This document shows positions 34,961 through 47,500 of a stretch of 64,000 nucleotides of DNA, piece after piece. The stretch comes from Lepidodermella squamata (lineage: Eukaryota; Animalia; Gastrotricha), in contig JBLDXI010000012.1 in NCBI GenBank assembly GCA_047495785.1, positions 1,302,001 to 1,366,000 of the forward strand, given 5' to 3'. A program made the position numbers and the translations under genes. Within the stretch, counting starts at the first letter, position 1. Each line of letters begins with the position of its first letter. The notes below the pieces were generated by a model. The model was not told the DNA's origin. It made no database searches and saw only the letters and a list, made by a program, of their open reading frames with translations.

Positions 34961-36337
34961 TTAGAAGGCACTGAAAACGGCGAAAATAGCACAAAGAGAA
35001 GTGATTCCTAAGCTTCCAACAGACTTCGGGCTGATAGATTTACTTGCTAGTAAGCTAACAGCTCCGATTGCTTGCTTATCCAGTTCTTCATCATAGTACC
35101 GGAAATACAGCGCATTGTTATAATAAGACAGCCCAGCGACCTGCTCATGCGTTCCATCAATGATGATGCCAGTTTTTTTGTACATGACGGTTAACCCTTT
35201 ACATATTTCGGAGAAGATGAACTCATCCGTTACTATAGTGTTAGGCCGTGCACTTCTACCCTTGCCCCACTTGACACATGGAAAAACCGCGACCAAGTTT
35301 CCGGTGATAACGTCAATGACAACCAATTCCTTAGTAGAATATCTCGGCGCATAGATGTGCTTTCCATCCGTGGCCATATCGGCAGGTGAATCGGTCCAAG
35401 ATGAGCTGAATTTGTAAGTCCAATCGACAGCCATCTTCGCGCCTCTTGTTATGTCAATACCGTGGAATTTCACCTCACAATTCGTGAAGATGTCGACGAG
35501 GCAGGTCTTAGAAGCGACAATAGCTCGATTTCCAATTAACAACGGTATGAACCTGCTTGCTGCCGAGGTAAACAAGGTGGGGTCTTGAAATTGAAGTGTG
35601 TCAAGAATTTCCCCACTTTCGGCGTCTATCTGTGTCAACGAGAAGGCATGTGATACAAAGAGTCGAGAATCTTCGCTTAACGAAGCTGCGTAAAGTACGG
35701 AATTGTCAACAGTCGGAATGGTGACTGTCACTGTTGCATTCCACAGCATTTTTTCCTTCGCATTCCATTCGTAAAACCCAATAACATTTTTCGACTGCTC
35801 GGCAACCGTGTACCAGAATTCCGAGCTTATTGCATCGGAAAAGTCAAATCCCTCGCTGTACGTATTCGTATCAAATTGGAGCAGTGTCATACTTCCGAAG
35901 TGTTTGTTGCTCAAATCGACTGAAATCTGCCTGACAGTAGCCGATTGCTTCGAGTTTAAAGTCTCGCATCGAACAAAGAGCGAAACTTTACCGCCGAGTT
36001 CTGCTATTATCGGCTGGCCGCATACCAAATATTTCACACAACCAGCTAAGCAGATACGAGTAACGCGACGGCCATTGACCGCGCTGAAGACGTTAAGCTG
36101 GCCGTAACCCTCGATTTGAAAAATCAATCCGTCGTGGGCAACGATTTGTCCAATTCCCATTGTTTTGAAATCGAGCGTTGCGTTAAACTTCCGCTTAAGC
36201 ACAACGCATTTACTCGCCGCGATAGACTCGGCTTTGTAACCAGTGTGAGCTTGATCTCCGCCTAAGTTGGTCCATGAAGATCGAAAGTCAGCATAAGCTG
36301 AAGCCAGTAGTAAGGAAATTATGGTCAGCGATTTCAT
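34961..36337 (-). CDS. Intronless secreted, possibly GPI-anchored beta-propeller (PQQ-like repeat) protein, 458 aa
   Basis: Signal peptide MKSLTIISLLLASAYA, motif WTNLGGDQAHTGY, propeller-type blades (LNVFSAVNGR, IDAESGEIL, IDVITGNLV), hydrophobic C-terminus; paralog fragment at 15230. Confidence 0.75.
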   Translation of the reverse strand: MKSLTIISLLLASAYADFRSSWTNLGGDQAHTGYKAESIAASKCVVLKRKFNATLDFKTMGIGQIVAHDGLIFQIEGYGQLNVFSAVNGRRVTRICLAGCVKYLVCGQPIIAELGGKVSLFVRCETLNSKQSATVRQISVDLSNKHFGSMTLLQFDTNTYSEGFDFSDAISSEFWYTVAEQSKNVIGFYEWNAKEKMLWNATVTVTIPTVDNSVLYAASLSEDSRLFVSHAFSLTQIDAESGEILDTLQFQDPTLFTSAASRFIPLLIGNRAIVASKTCLVDIFTNCEVKFHGIDITRGAKMAVDWTYKFSSSWTDSPADMATDGKHIYAPRYSTKELVVIDVITGNLVAVFPCVKWGKGRSARPNTIVTDEFIFSEICKGLTVMYKKTGIIIDGTHEQVAGLSYYNNALYFRYYDEELDKQAIGAVSLLASKSISPKSVGSLGITSLCAIFAVFSAF

Positions 36338-38140
36338 TGCAGTTGCACTGCTGTGGCCAGTTAGCAGTTAGTAGGAAACTGATATGAATATATTGCCGAA
36401 ATTTTGAGCATATAATATAGACTGGAGTCTGGAATTGATTGATATAGCAATCGCAGTAAAAGACTGATAAAGCTTGAGGCTGTTGTCTGTGAATCGAACC
36501 TTGAAGTAGGCGGACTTATCTGCTCAGCGCGCTTCATACACATAGGGGTATACAAACTTTATCAGCAAAGAGCGCTCTATATAGTATATAGTTACGCCCT
36601 TCACCCAGAACGAGGCCAGCCAGCCATACTGTCCTTGTACGAGTTATGATAGAAATGATTCATCTGTACAATCATCTTGGTGTGTGACATTTTATACTTT
36701 TCGGGTGTGTCTGCACAAGAGATCAAGCCAACCGAAGGATTGGTGGTGGCCGAGTCGCATTTCTCGCAAACGCTGCTGCTTCGAAACGTCGAAAATGACC
36801 CGCGCGATGAGCCACCCGTAAAGCAAGCTAAACCCATGCCGATCTTCAATTTCTCGAATTGCTCCGTCGTTATTAACAATTAATCCGGCCCAAACACTTG
36901 TTTTAAAGTTTAAACATTCTAATAAAGGTTATTCACTTGTTCACTCGTTTGGTCAGAGTCTGAAGGTTGTAGTAAAGGGACTGGGAACGGAAATTGAAGT
37001 TGTGCAACATTATTTCAGGTGAGAGGTTTTCCCGAATTTTCGAGAGCATCAATTGATTTTCGAAAATAAAAAATCCACCCTAATCGTTTGAGCGGGCAGA
37101 AACATCGGGCAGAATCACTTTTTCCGTCTAGGCAAAAAATAACCAACTGGGCAGGAACGTATCAACCTGCCAGCAAGCTGTTGCATGTAATCCGACTATC
37201 GGCCTGAAGACGCTAAGAAGTGCATTTCTCCTATGATTGAGGCTAAAAAACGATACAGAAATAGTGTTTCTGTATTCCTGTACAATACAGAAACACTTTT
37301 ATTAAGACGGACTTTTTATTATCGCATTTTCCTATATAAATGGCGTACAAGATCACTTTTCCCCGCACTTTCTAGCTACGTTTCTCCGAGTTTTTAGCAG
37401 ATACAGAGGAGAAAAGCAATCTCGGATTTACTCCGAATACAGAAACACTTTTCTTGTACTCATGACTGTATTCATCTTCGGTTCCTGCGGAACCTCGATT
37501 CATACAGTCATTCGTACAAGAAAAGTGTTTCTGTATTCTGAGCCATCCAAGATTGCTTAATTGAATGATGCTATACCTGCCCAATTAGCTTTGATTAGCG
37601 GAAGTTATTTCGTCTAAATCACGGCAAATTTTTCACTGTAATCCGGATAACTTTCCCAGACCTTCGAGTGGGCCTTTCACTTACTAATTGGGAATCGCGA
37701 TTCGCTGTCACTTTTCAGGCGCATGGTCGTCAGGTGTATTGACTGGGTAATGACAGGCCTTTGAATTATGGCAACACGGAGCTGTTTGGATGTGATGGAA
37801 TAAAAAATAATTCAGCATTAAGCAATGCACACCTGCACAATGCATGCAATGAACAATGTTACCGACTGAAAATTGTATGACTTGAAGACTGATGAGCAAT
37901 AGAAAGCTGACTACAGAATGAGATAGATCAAATTTGAATCAAAATTTAATTGCGATCTCATTAAATCAGTTACGCTGTGTAGAGATTTCCAATTAGCAGA
38001 TCGTTAGCAGCTTATAATTCAGTTGCTACGCTTCAATATGCTCTCTTGGTATATAATCTCGACGCGATTTCGGAGATGTATCACCATTCAAGTTCCATTC
38101 GAGCTATCCATTCCTCGTTTTCTCAATTCAAACCATAAAG

Positions 38141-38715
38141 ATGCGCGCTGTTTTCGCTTTGGCCGCTGTCGTTCTCTTGGCCCTCGGTAAATATTTGAAC
38201 ACATCGTGTCAGGTCCAATAATCTTACTCGTTTTCTTACTTTCAGCTTTCTCCGAAGCTGAGGCTGGCCGTGGTAATAAGGGCAAAAGTGTCTCGAAGAG
38301 CGTCTCCTTCAGCGTGTCGTACAACCGGCAGCCGAAGAAGCACGCGATGAAGAAGGCCTTCGTCGCTGGGCGCAAGCACCGCCGTGCCTCGTTCTCCAAG
38401 TCCGTGTCCGCGTCGGTGTCGGCCCGCACGAACAAGCACACCCGCAAGGTCTCCACCAAGAAGTTCATGCGCGTGCACAAGCGCGGATCCATGTCCGGCT
38501 CGTACTCGCGATCGGGCTCCTTCGGCGGCTACAACAAGAAGGGCGGCAACAAGCGCCACGGTGGCAAGAAGTTTGGCGGCAAGAAGTTCGGAGGCAAGAA
38601 GCACGGTGGCAAGCACGGCAAGGGTCGCAAGGGCAGCAAGAGCGGTAGCTACTCGGCCTCCAACAACTTCTCCTACTCGGTCGCCGTCGAGACCGGTGCT
38701 GCTCCCGCTAAATAA
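38141..38715 (+). CDS. Secreted polybasic (Ser-X)n protein, copy K6 (exons 38141-38186, 38246-38715)
   Basis: Same structure; in-frame loss of RPAKK between two AAGAAG repeats. Confidence 0.9.
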
Positions 38716-39586
38716 AAACATTTCAGAAAGAAAAGCGTCGTATGTGCTTCTTCAATGATAATTTATTCCGAAGTCTAATATTGAAATTTGAAATAAAGTT
38801 GAAATGTTCAACGACCCAGAGATTCGACCTAGTAGTTAGCAAGACCTTTGAAAAATAAGTCATAATTCATAAGGTAACACTTGCCGCAGATGAAACAGTT
38901 GTAGTGTCGACAGCATCCAACCCCCCGTGTCCCGTGTCTGCGCCCCGTGTGAACTCTACCAGCGTGAATCTTGAGGCCGCGTTATAAAAGTTTTATTGCA
39001 AACCTTAAAAAGCATCTTGCTGCAATTAAAATCAATATTCTGTTTATTTCAAAACTGAAAATTGTTGGCCGAATAATTTATAGGTCGCGCGTAATTTTTC
39101 AAACTACGGGCTCTATTGAGCAATTTTCTTTTTACACAACGGTAAAAAGAGGCTCAGCGCTATGCTGGGGATGATCCCCTCAAAACACATCAGTTACTAA
39201 CTTTGAACAACAACCAAAAATCAAAAGTCTAGTCGCGGTTATCAAAGTGTTATATGGATATTATGGATGTGAACCTAAATCACTCCAAACTTAAACCTCT
39301 AGCTACATCATAGAGTGATTCATTCCGTTCTCTATGAGATACAGCCACTGCTGGAGCTATGCCAATTTTTCCTCCTTGTCACAATGGCTTCAATCGCGTG
39401 CAGCGCGAAAGCACGAGCCGGTGGAATATACTTCGCGAATCTAATCGCGTGGCGTTGTTGACGCAGGCCCTATAAATTGCGATTTATGTTTTCGTTTAAA
39501 TCATCACCTGCTTTTGCAATTTAAAGCTCATAGCAATCTTCTCGCTTTCATTTTCGTTCGTGTTTTGATCCTCTTCAAACTTTAAA

Positions 39587-40884
39587 ATGGCCTGCTCATA
39601 CACCTCGATCCCCTCGACCTTCGCCGCTGGCTACACCAGCCCGATGAACGTCGAGAGCCTGCTCCGCAACAAGGTCGACATCTACTCGCCGTCGTCTGTT
39701 GAGCGCAGCCTCATCAACGCCGCCGTCCCGACCCCGTTCGCCGCCGCCGCCGGCATCCACAACGTCAACGCCTTCGCCTCGTCCCCGATCGCCTACAACA
39801 CCTTCGCCTCGCCGATCGAGTGCGGAGCCGAGACCGGCCGCGTCTTCGGTGCCGAGTGCGGTGCCCAGCTGGCCGCCATCGTCGCCGCCCGCCTCAACAC
39901 CTTCGTCGGCCAGGAGGTGGCCGTCCGCATCGGCGCCCAGTGGGGAGCCGAGATGTGCGCCAAGCTGGGTGCCGAGCTCGCCGTCAAGCTCGTCAACGGC
40001 TGGCCGGTCGAGCAGTGCGCCCGCTGGTGCTACACCTTCGGAGCCGAGCACGGCGCCGAACTGGGTGCCATCATCGCCCAGCGCCTGGGTGCCATCTACA
40101 CCGCCGAGTTCGCCGCCCGCATCGGCGCCGAGCTCTTCGCCGACGTCTGCGCCAAGCAGTGCTACGTCATCGCCGCCCGCGTCGCCGAGTCGCGCTTCGG
40201 TGGTGCCCGCCTCGCCAACAACTGGACCGGCTCGTTCGAGCGCTTCGGTGGCATCAACTACCCGACCACCTTCGGCCCCTTCGGCGCCAACACCTGGTCG
40301 AACACCCTGTCGGCTGACAACAAGCTGTTCAACATCGCCTTCCGCCCGTCCTCCGAGGTCGAGCTCTACACCCTGACCCACCCGATCCGCATGATCGACG
40401 TCGAGGGCAACCGCCAGCTGTACCTGTGCTTCGAGCTCAAGGGCTTCAAGCCTGAGGAAGTCACCGTCACCCTGAACAAGGCCGAGCGCGCCGTCGTCGT
40501 CGAGGCTGCCCACGAGGCCAAGGACGGCAAGGAGCACACCGTCGCCCGCAAGTACTCGCGCAAGTTCGTCCTGCCCGAGGTTAGTAAATCACTGAACCTT
40601 CACCTACTTAAATGTTAATGCCATCTTTCTAGACCCTTGCCAAGATCGACCTGACCAAGGTTGAGCTCAAGTCGTGCCTGACCCAGGAGGGCCACCTCGT
40701 CGTCGAGTGCCAGCTGCCGAAGATGACCACCGAGGAGATCGCCAAGTGCCCGACCATGTCCGAGCTGTACAACAAGCTGCCCGCCTTCGGAGGCTTCAAC
40801 GCCGCCGTCCAGGCCTTCGGCGGCATCAACGGCGTCAACTGCCACGTCAACGCCGTCAAGCCCGTCACCGTCAAGACCGCCTAA
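39587..40884 (+). CDS. Small heat-shock protein with long N-terminal extension, copy C (exons 39587-40579, 40633-40884)
   Basis: As copies A and B. Confidence 0.9.
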
Positions 40885-41224
40885 ATGAAAGCCACATCCA
40901 AAGAGAAGATGAGCAATTATGCGCAATGTTAAAGAACTTTGCTTGAGAGAAATTGTGATACCATTTGATGTGATACTCTAGTGTTATTTGCAGTTTTCCT
41001 CGAGACAGTAAAACAAGATATGTTGCGTAAAAATGGTCTGAGAATTCAGTATCATTCTTATTTAATTGCAAAAGATCGTGGAATTCGACAAAGAAGAAGT
41101 TCGCCACCACGCCATGAGCCATTTTTTTTGCAAAAATCCATACATTTTTGTATGCAAATGACCTATCTGGTTGCTGGATGCGAGACCGCAGAGGGCCTTT
41201 CAAAAACTTTGCTACTTTAATTTT

Positions 41225-41466
41225 AAGATCATACTTCTTGGGATCATTTCTTTATTTAGATTTGCCCCAACGTCAGCCTCATCTGACGACAAACCCAAAC
41301 CGCGATGACGAGGCGTGGTGACTGGCCCTGAGCGCGAACTTGGCCTCACGAGGCCGGCGACCTTTCCAGGGTGGCTGGGCTCGAGGTGGCCGTTGATGAA
41401 CGTTCCGGCCTGGTGGCTCTTTAATTAGGGCCACTTCCAGAGGGGTCAGTCGCTTTCAGAGCGGCT
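41225..41466 (+). ncRNA. U3: U3 snoRNA, copy 2
   Basis: All boxes as in copy 1; different hairpin between boxes B and C. Confidence 0.88.
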
Positions 41467-42329
41467 TTTTTTAATGAAAAACAAAACCTGAATCGTTCCT
41501 CAAAACCACGTTTGAAAATATCTCAGAATAATAAATATTTTTTAGGTTTCCGTTAGAGATGATATAGCCATCAAGCAATCACTTCATCAATTTATCATGA
41601 AATCAGAAATCATTAAATCAGTCCGACGAATCTCAAAGTTATCAAAGCATGATGATATCCGCCTATTCGTCCAGTCGCCGGCGAATTATTCTTTTTAGCA
41701 TTAATAAGCTATAACTTCAGCAATCCATTTTATTATTGATAAAAAATCCCAAGTAAAAATTGGACAGAGGCTGCTGTAACTTGGATTAATCTGCACTCAA
41801 CCAAGGCTAAATCACAACCTCGTTTTGGCAAGTGATTTATTTTGTGCAGCTTCGTAGGTGTGCAGAGGAATTGTTTTGAGCTTTGGAGTCTCGAAATTCA
41901 ATAACAATTTCTTCGAATCGAGATACCTACTGTAAAAGGTAGGGAATTTTGCTCAACAATTTTCCGAAATTTAATTTTATTGTTTGATGTAGGTAGGTAC
42001 ATCAAACAACAGTCCGTTGCTAATATGTTATAGGCTCAATGATGACTTGTGAAGGCTATATCAGCTTGAATACATGGTAAAATGTGAAATAATTTGTTAG
42101 GATGGTTTTTCGAGTTATCAATCCAATTACCAATTGAAGACCCGATGCATTTCTACTGGTAACCAATTAGCCGACAATTATATTGATGATTACGCTCGAT
42201 TCAATTATTTGCCGCGCTTCGAGAATTAACGATTCCGGTATATAAAGACGATGGATATTAAAGAAAAATCATCAAGCTAAATTTGACTTAATCAATATAT
42301 AATTTTCGCTCAAATATCAAACCATAAAG

Positions 42330-42898
42330 ATGCGTGCTGTTTTCGCTTTGGCTGCTGTCCTTCTTATGGCTCTCGGTAATCTTTGAAAGCATTGTTTGGT
42401 CCAATAATCTTACTCGTTTTCTTACTTTCAGCTTTCTCCGAAGCTGAGGCTGGCCGTGGTAATAAGGGCAAAAGTGTCTCGAAGAGCGTCTCCTTCAGCG
42501 TGTCGTACAACCGGCAGCCGAAGAAGCACGCGATGAAGAAGCGCCCGGCCAAGAAGGCCTTCGTCGCTGGGCGCAAGCACCGCCGTGCCTCGTTCTCCAA
42601 GTCCGTGTCCGCGTCGGTGTCGGCCCGCACGAACAAGCACACCCGCAAGGTCTCCACCAAGAAGTTCATGCGCGTGCACAAGCGCGGATCCATGTCCGGC
42701 TCGTACTCGCGGTCGGGCTCCTTCGGCGGCTACAACAAGAAGCACGGCAGCAAGCGCCACGGTGGCAAGAAGTTTGGCGGCAAGAAGGGTGGCAAGCACG
42801 GCAAGGGTCGCAAGGGCAGCAAGAGCGGCAGCTACTCGGCCTCCAACAACTTCTCCTACTCGGTCGCCGTCGAGACCGGTGCTGCTCCCGCTAAATAA
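42330..42898 (+). CDS. Secreted polybasic (Ser-X)n protein, copy K7 (exons 42330-42375, 42432-42898)
   Basis: Same structure; promoter resembles K2, 3' UTR resembles K6. Confidence 0.9.
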
Positions 42899-43110
42899 AA
42901 ACATTTCAGAAAGAAAAGCGTCGTATGAGCTTCTTCAATGATAATTTATTCCGAAGTCTAATATTGAAATAAAGTTGAAAAGATCTTCGCTAGTCTTCAT
43001 TTCTCCTTAATTCCAATTTACCAATGAATTTTGAATATTCAAATCAGATAAACTGAAATTTTTCCGCATCGCGGATTCGGCTCAAATGGCTGCTTGAAGT
43101 TGTCGTTATT

Positions 43111-43127
43111 GTCAATCTTCGGATTGG

Positions 43128-43166
<39 letters not shown>

Positions 43167-43216
43167 GGCCCCTGCGCAAGGATGACACGCAAAATCGTGA
43201 AGCGTTCCATATTTTT
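43111..43216 (+). ncRNA. U6: U6 snRNA, copy 4
   Basis: Identical to copy 1 through the T5 terminator. Confidence 0.97.
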
Positions 43217-44582
43217 CTATTACATCAGTCGGATTGGAAGCAGCCATATTTTACCTGCGAGCGATCCGTCGACCTATTTTCATTTTTCGTCAATTAGCGT
43301 AACAAGCTACAATTAGTCACGGTGTCACTACTCTTGGCCGCTAACGCGTTATCGAATTCTCCTTTCTTCCAAATCGTAGCTATACATAAGGGGCTTGAAA
43401 CTTGAGGCTAGTGGAAATGCCAGCTGAACTGCACTTCATCGATAATAAGGAGGCTGAAGGCAGGTCAAGTTCTGGAACTAGGATTGAACTTGAAGAAAAT
43501 GTGTATAGATTAAGCCCTTCAGCGCACTTCATCTTCATGTTTTTGCTTGTTATGTTGATGACCCTCATTTGATCTTCATTGTTTACAAGGGATTTCAAGA
43601 AACAGGTTCTTGAATAACAAAAAACGGGCTTTGTAATGAAGGAGAAAAACAGCAACTGTCGCCTATTGACGTTCAGTGATTACGAATAAAAGTGGCCCAG
43701 ACGAGCGGATAAACAGCCAGCGTAGCAAATAGCCGTGACAAGTGGCCATACATCTTCTCAGCTACCATCTGCGGTGATGATAAGCAGGGTGTATAACAGC
43801 ATCCAGGACGCACATGGGGTCTCATCCAGAGTTATAAAGGCGGGTTTATTAAGGCGGCTGCTGGCGCACTCACTCACCTTCGAGGCCGGCCGGAAGAGCG
43901 CATCAGCAGCAGAAGCAGTATGGCTGTTTCATCATCATAGCTGAGCGCTATATACGATGAAAAATCGCGCCCGCCTCTTGTCAACTGAGTAAATAAACAC
44001 ACGGATGCGGAACCCGGCTCGGTCGCTAACCAACTATACACGGCGCCGTCGTCGTGTTTGCTCAGGCCTCTCGAGCGACGGCTCGATGATTCATCCGCCG
44101 ACTTTTTCTGTTGATATAATATAAGCGTAGCAGTGTATATTCGACTTTGTCAGCTATCTTATCGCAGCGGCGGGACCGGGTATACGCTCTTGTGCCTGCG
44201 ACGCTTAGATAAGGCACATAATTGTGATATTATTAATGAAAACACGGGGCCATAAATAACTTTATACTCCCCTCGTTATAATTACTATTACGCGCTACGG
44301 TGTTGTTTTAGTCAGCCCGGGTTCCGGATTGGTACCCACAATCAATATTATTATCACGAACTCCCCTTAGTATTATACCACTTGGCTCGGTGTTTAATTT
44401 ATCAATTTTTTCCTTCTCTCTTTTGATAGATAACACAATTATTCATCGGTGAAAAATTACCAAATCGCGCACTCGAAATAGTTAAATGTAGCGCGAGCTC
44501 TCGGAATCGGAAATTTTTAAATAATATAATAGCGGCTATTTTGTTTACGTTTCTTATTGCCGCGCCTCACGAACAAGAAAAA

Positions 44583-47500
44583 ATGTGCCAAAATTTGATA
44601 TTTTTGCTAAAATTACTCATCGTTACCGCTGTCATGGCGACGACCTGTTACGCCACGGTCGTAATTCCTGACGAGTCGGGATTTGTCAATAACTGGAAGC
44701 TCTTGCTATCTGAAAAAAGTAAGTTAAAAATTCAATATTTTTGGGTGAAGTCTAAATAATCCTCAGAAATTTGTATATTTAATTTGAAGATAACCTTCTT
44801 ATTACTTCCAATTTAAAAAATTACAAAAAATAAAAAAATGTCCAAAATGAGGTCAAATTGTTTATTTAACCATTTTTCCAGGCTGCGAAGCTGTTGAATA
44901 CCATCCTGGTTTATCGAGGGAAGTTCTCGGCTGTGAAGAGCAGAAAGTATCGTTGAACTGCAGCGATCAGGCCGATTCAGCGATAGTCGTTTGCGAGGCG
45001 TTGTTCGGTCGCGATAACCTTCACGAATGCGCCCCAGCCCGATCGCTCGACACAAGTTGCGCCTCACTCGATGCTATCAATATCGTCACGGAAGAGTGCC
45101 AATGGAAGCCGCACTGCAGTATCAAAGCTTCAAAACACGAATTCGCTGATCCTTGCCCGAATCAGTCAAAATTTTTACGCATTAAATATATTTGCCTAAA
45201 TCGTAAGAAATTTTCATTTTTTTCGTTGAATTATGTTAATTTATTCGATTTTTAATTTAGGGTTATACGGAGCCTCGCTATTGACAACCACAACTACAAC
45301 TACAACGGCAGCACCCAATATTGGCACTGAATCCACAACTCAGCCATTGTAAGTTGATTTTTCGGAAATTTCCGAAATATTTTTTAGAAAAATGTGAATA
45401 ATTCCCAAATTTTTCATTTCCTTTTCAGGTTTTGCCCGGCGACCATAAACCGTGGAATCAATTTTCCTCGGACTGAGGCCGGCAAAAATGCCTTTGTCGA
45501 TTGTCCAGGTCGCGACGATTTGATAAAAATTACGGCTACCAGTGCTAAAAAGCGACGAGATCTACCCTACGCCCGCTTCAAATGCGGAATTGACGGCGAG
45601 TGGAAAGGCAGGCCTGATCTCAGCCGTTGCGAATCCGAAGTCGGCGAACAGATGAAAAAGCTTGCCGAGGAAGTCAGCCAAGGGTCGAAACCGCCTGTCG
45701 ACGCGGCGAGGAGTCTCGAGTCGAAAACGGCCCAGACTAAAATGACATACGGCGGTGATTTAATTTCTACTGTCGACGCGATTCAAAAAACTGCGAATGC
45801 TAGTGCGAAAACGGAGAAAAGCTTGACGAGACCACCCGAAGCTGAGTCGGTGAATCAAGTCGCGAAATCACTGGCCCGAAGCGGGTCGTCCCTCCTATCG
45901 GACGAGCAATTCCCAATATGGGCTGATCTTCCTGAATTTAAGCAGGACGTAGCCGCGACTCGTTTGATGGAAGGCATCGAACAGTCGATGATGTCTGAGG
46001 CCGAGGCGAGGAGTAAAATTTCGGTCAAGGGCGATTTACCAGACTTTGGCGATACAGACACAACCCTGCATTTGGAGGACAACATCATCGCCGAAGTTTC
46101 GGTGGTAAATGTCGAAAAATTGCAGGGGAAACAGTCGAAGGAATTTCCGAAAAAGCTGAAAGAGCAGAAACAACAGGAGAAGAAAGAATCAACATCGCCT
46201 CTGGACTTAAAGATTTTCATCGACGACGATGAATCTGTCGTCATGCCGACTTCTCAGCTTCAAAAATATTCGGAAAACGGTTTGGCTAAGGTTGTCTACA
46301 TCCAGTACCGTAATTTGGAGCGGTTTATGGGCTTCACGGCCGATTTGCCGAGTTTCAATGATTCATTCTCGAATCGTGGCCCGGTCAATGGCGAAGGTAC
46401 GGATGAAGAGGGAAATTCCTACGTGAACTTCCCAATGGCTGGCCAGACGCGATCGCATGTCCTTAACAGTAAAATTGTGACTATTTCCATGGGCGAGCGG
46501 CATAGGGTTAAGATGCAGCTCGACGAACCAGTTATCTTCACTCTGAGGCACGAAAAGGTGAGAAATATTATTCCTTCTAAATTGTTTTATTGAGAATTTT
46601 AAATTTTTTTCAGATTGATGATCGCCAGAAACCAATTTGCTGCTTCTGGGACTACAATCCTTGGTTAGTTTTGGCTGGAATTATTTTTTCAGAATATTTT
46701 TTTAGTGGAGTGACCAAATTACAAAATTCGGCCCTTGTCTCCTTTTTTATTTTGATTAAAAATACCACGAATTTTGAGTGCGTGAATAATTTTGAATGTT
46801 GGTACCTTTTTTGGTTCCGCAACAGGCATCATTATTGTCTCGCTTAAAGTGAGACCTATAGTGGCTACTAATTAAATTTGAATCAAATTTAAATTTTATT
46901 TTTTATTTTTAGGACTTATCGCGGAAGTTGGTCTGCTGAAGGCTGCTATCGCGTTCGCACCAACTCGACTCACACGACTTGCGGTTGTAACCATCTGACG
47001 AGTTTCGCCATTCTAGTCGACGTCAGTGGTATGGACGCTGAGGTATGCGAGCGCGCATTCCGCTCATTGAGATAAAGCAGAATAAAATCTGCCTTTAAAC
47101 GGCTGGAATATAAAGCCTTAATACCGGCTGTAAATTAGACATTTTTCTCGCTGTAATGCTGCCAAATTCGCATTGTTCCGCCGAGTTTTACCACAGTCAC
47201 GAGTGCTAAAGCCGGGTTTAAAATTCATTAAAAATGACCACTTATCTTATCACATAAAATAGGGCACAAAATTATTTGAAAATGAACAAATTAGGGAAGA
47301 ATATTTAGAAAATGTTTGATATTTTATCGTTAATATTATTCCTTCAGACCGCTGAGCATGACCGAGAATGGCTGTCAATCATCACAATCGCAGGCTGTTC
47401 GATTTCGTCCGTTTGCCTCCTCTTATTCTGGTTCACCTTTCAATTTATCGACAGGTTGGCGCAAAATTAGTCAATTTCTTGAATTTTTTAAATTTTGACA

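Noticed and set aside
43380-43655. 91-aa minus-strand ORF between U6 copy 4 and latrophilin
   Set aside because: No recognisable motif, no ATG start and no partner exons identified.
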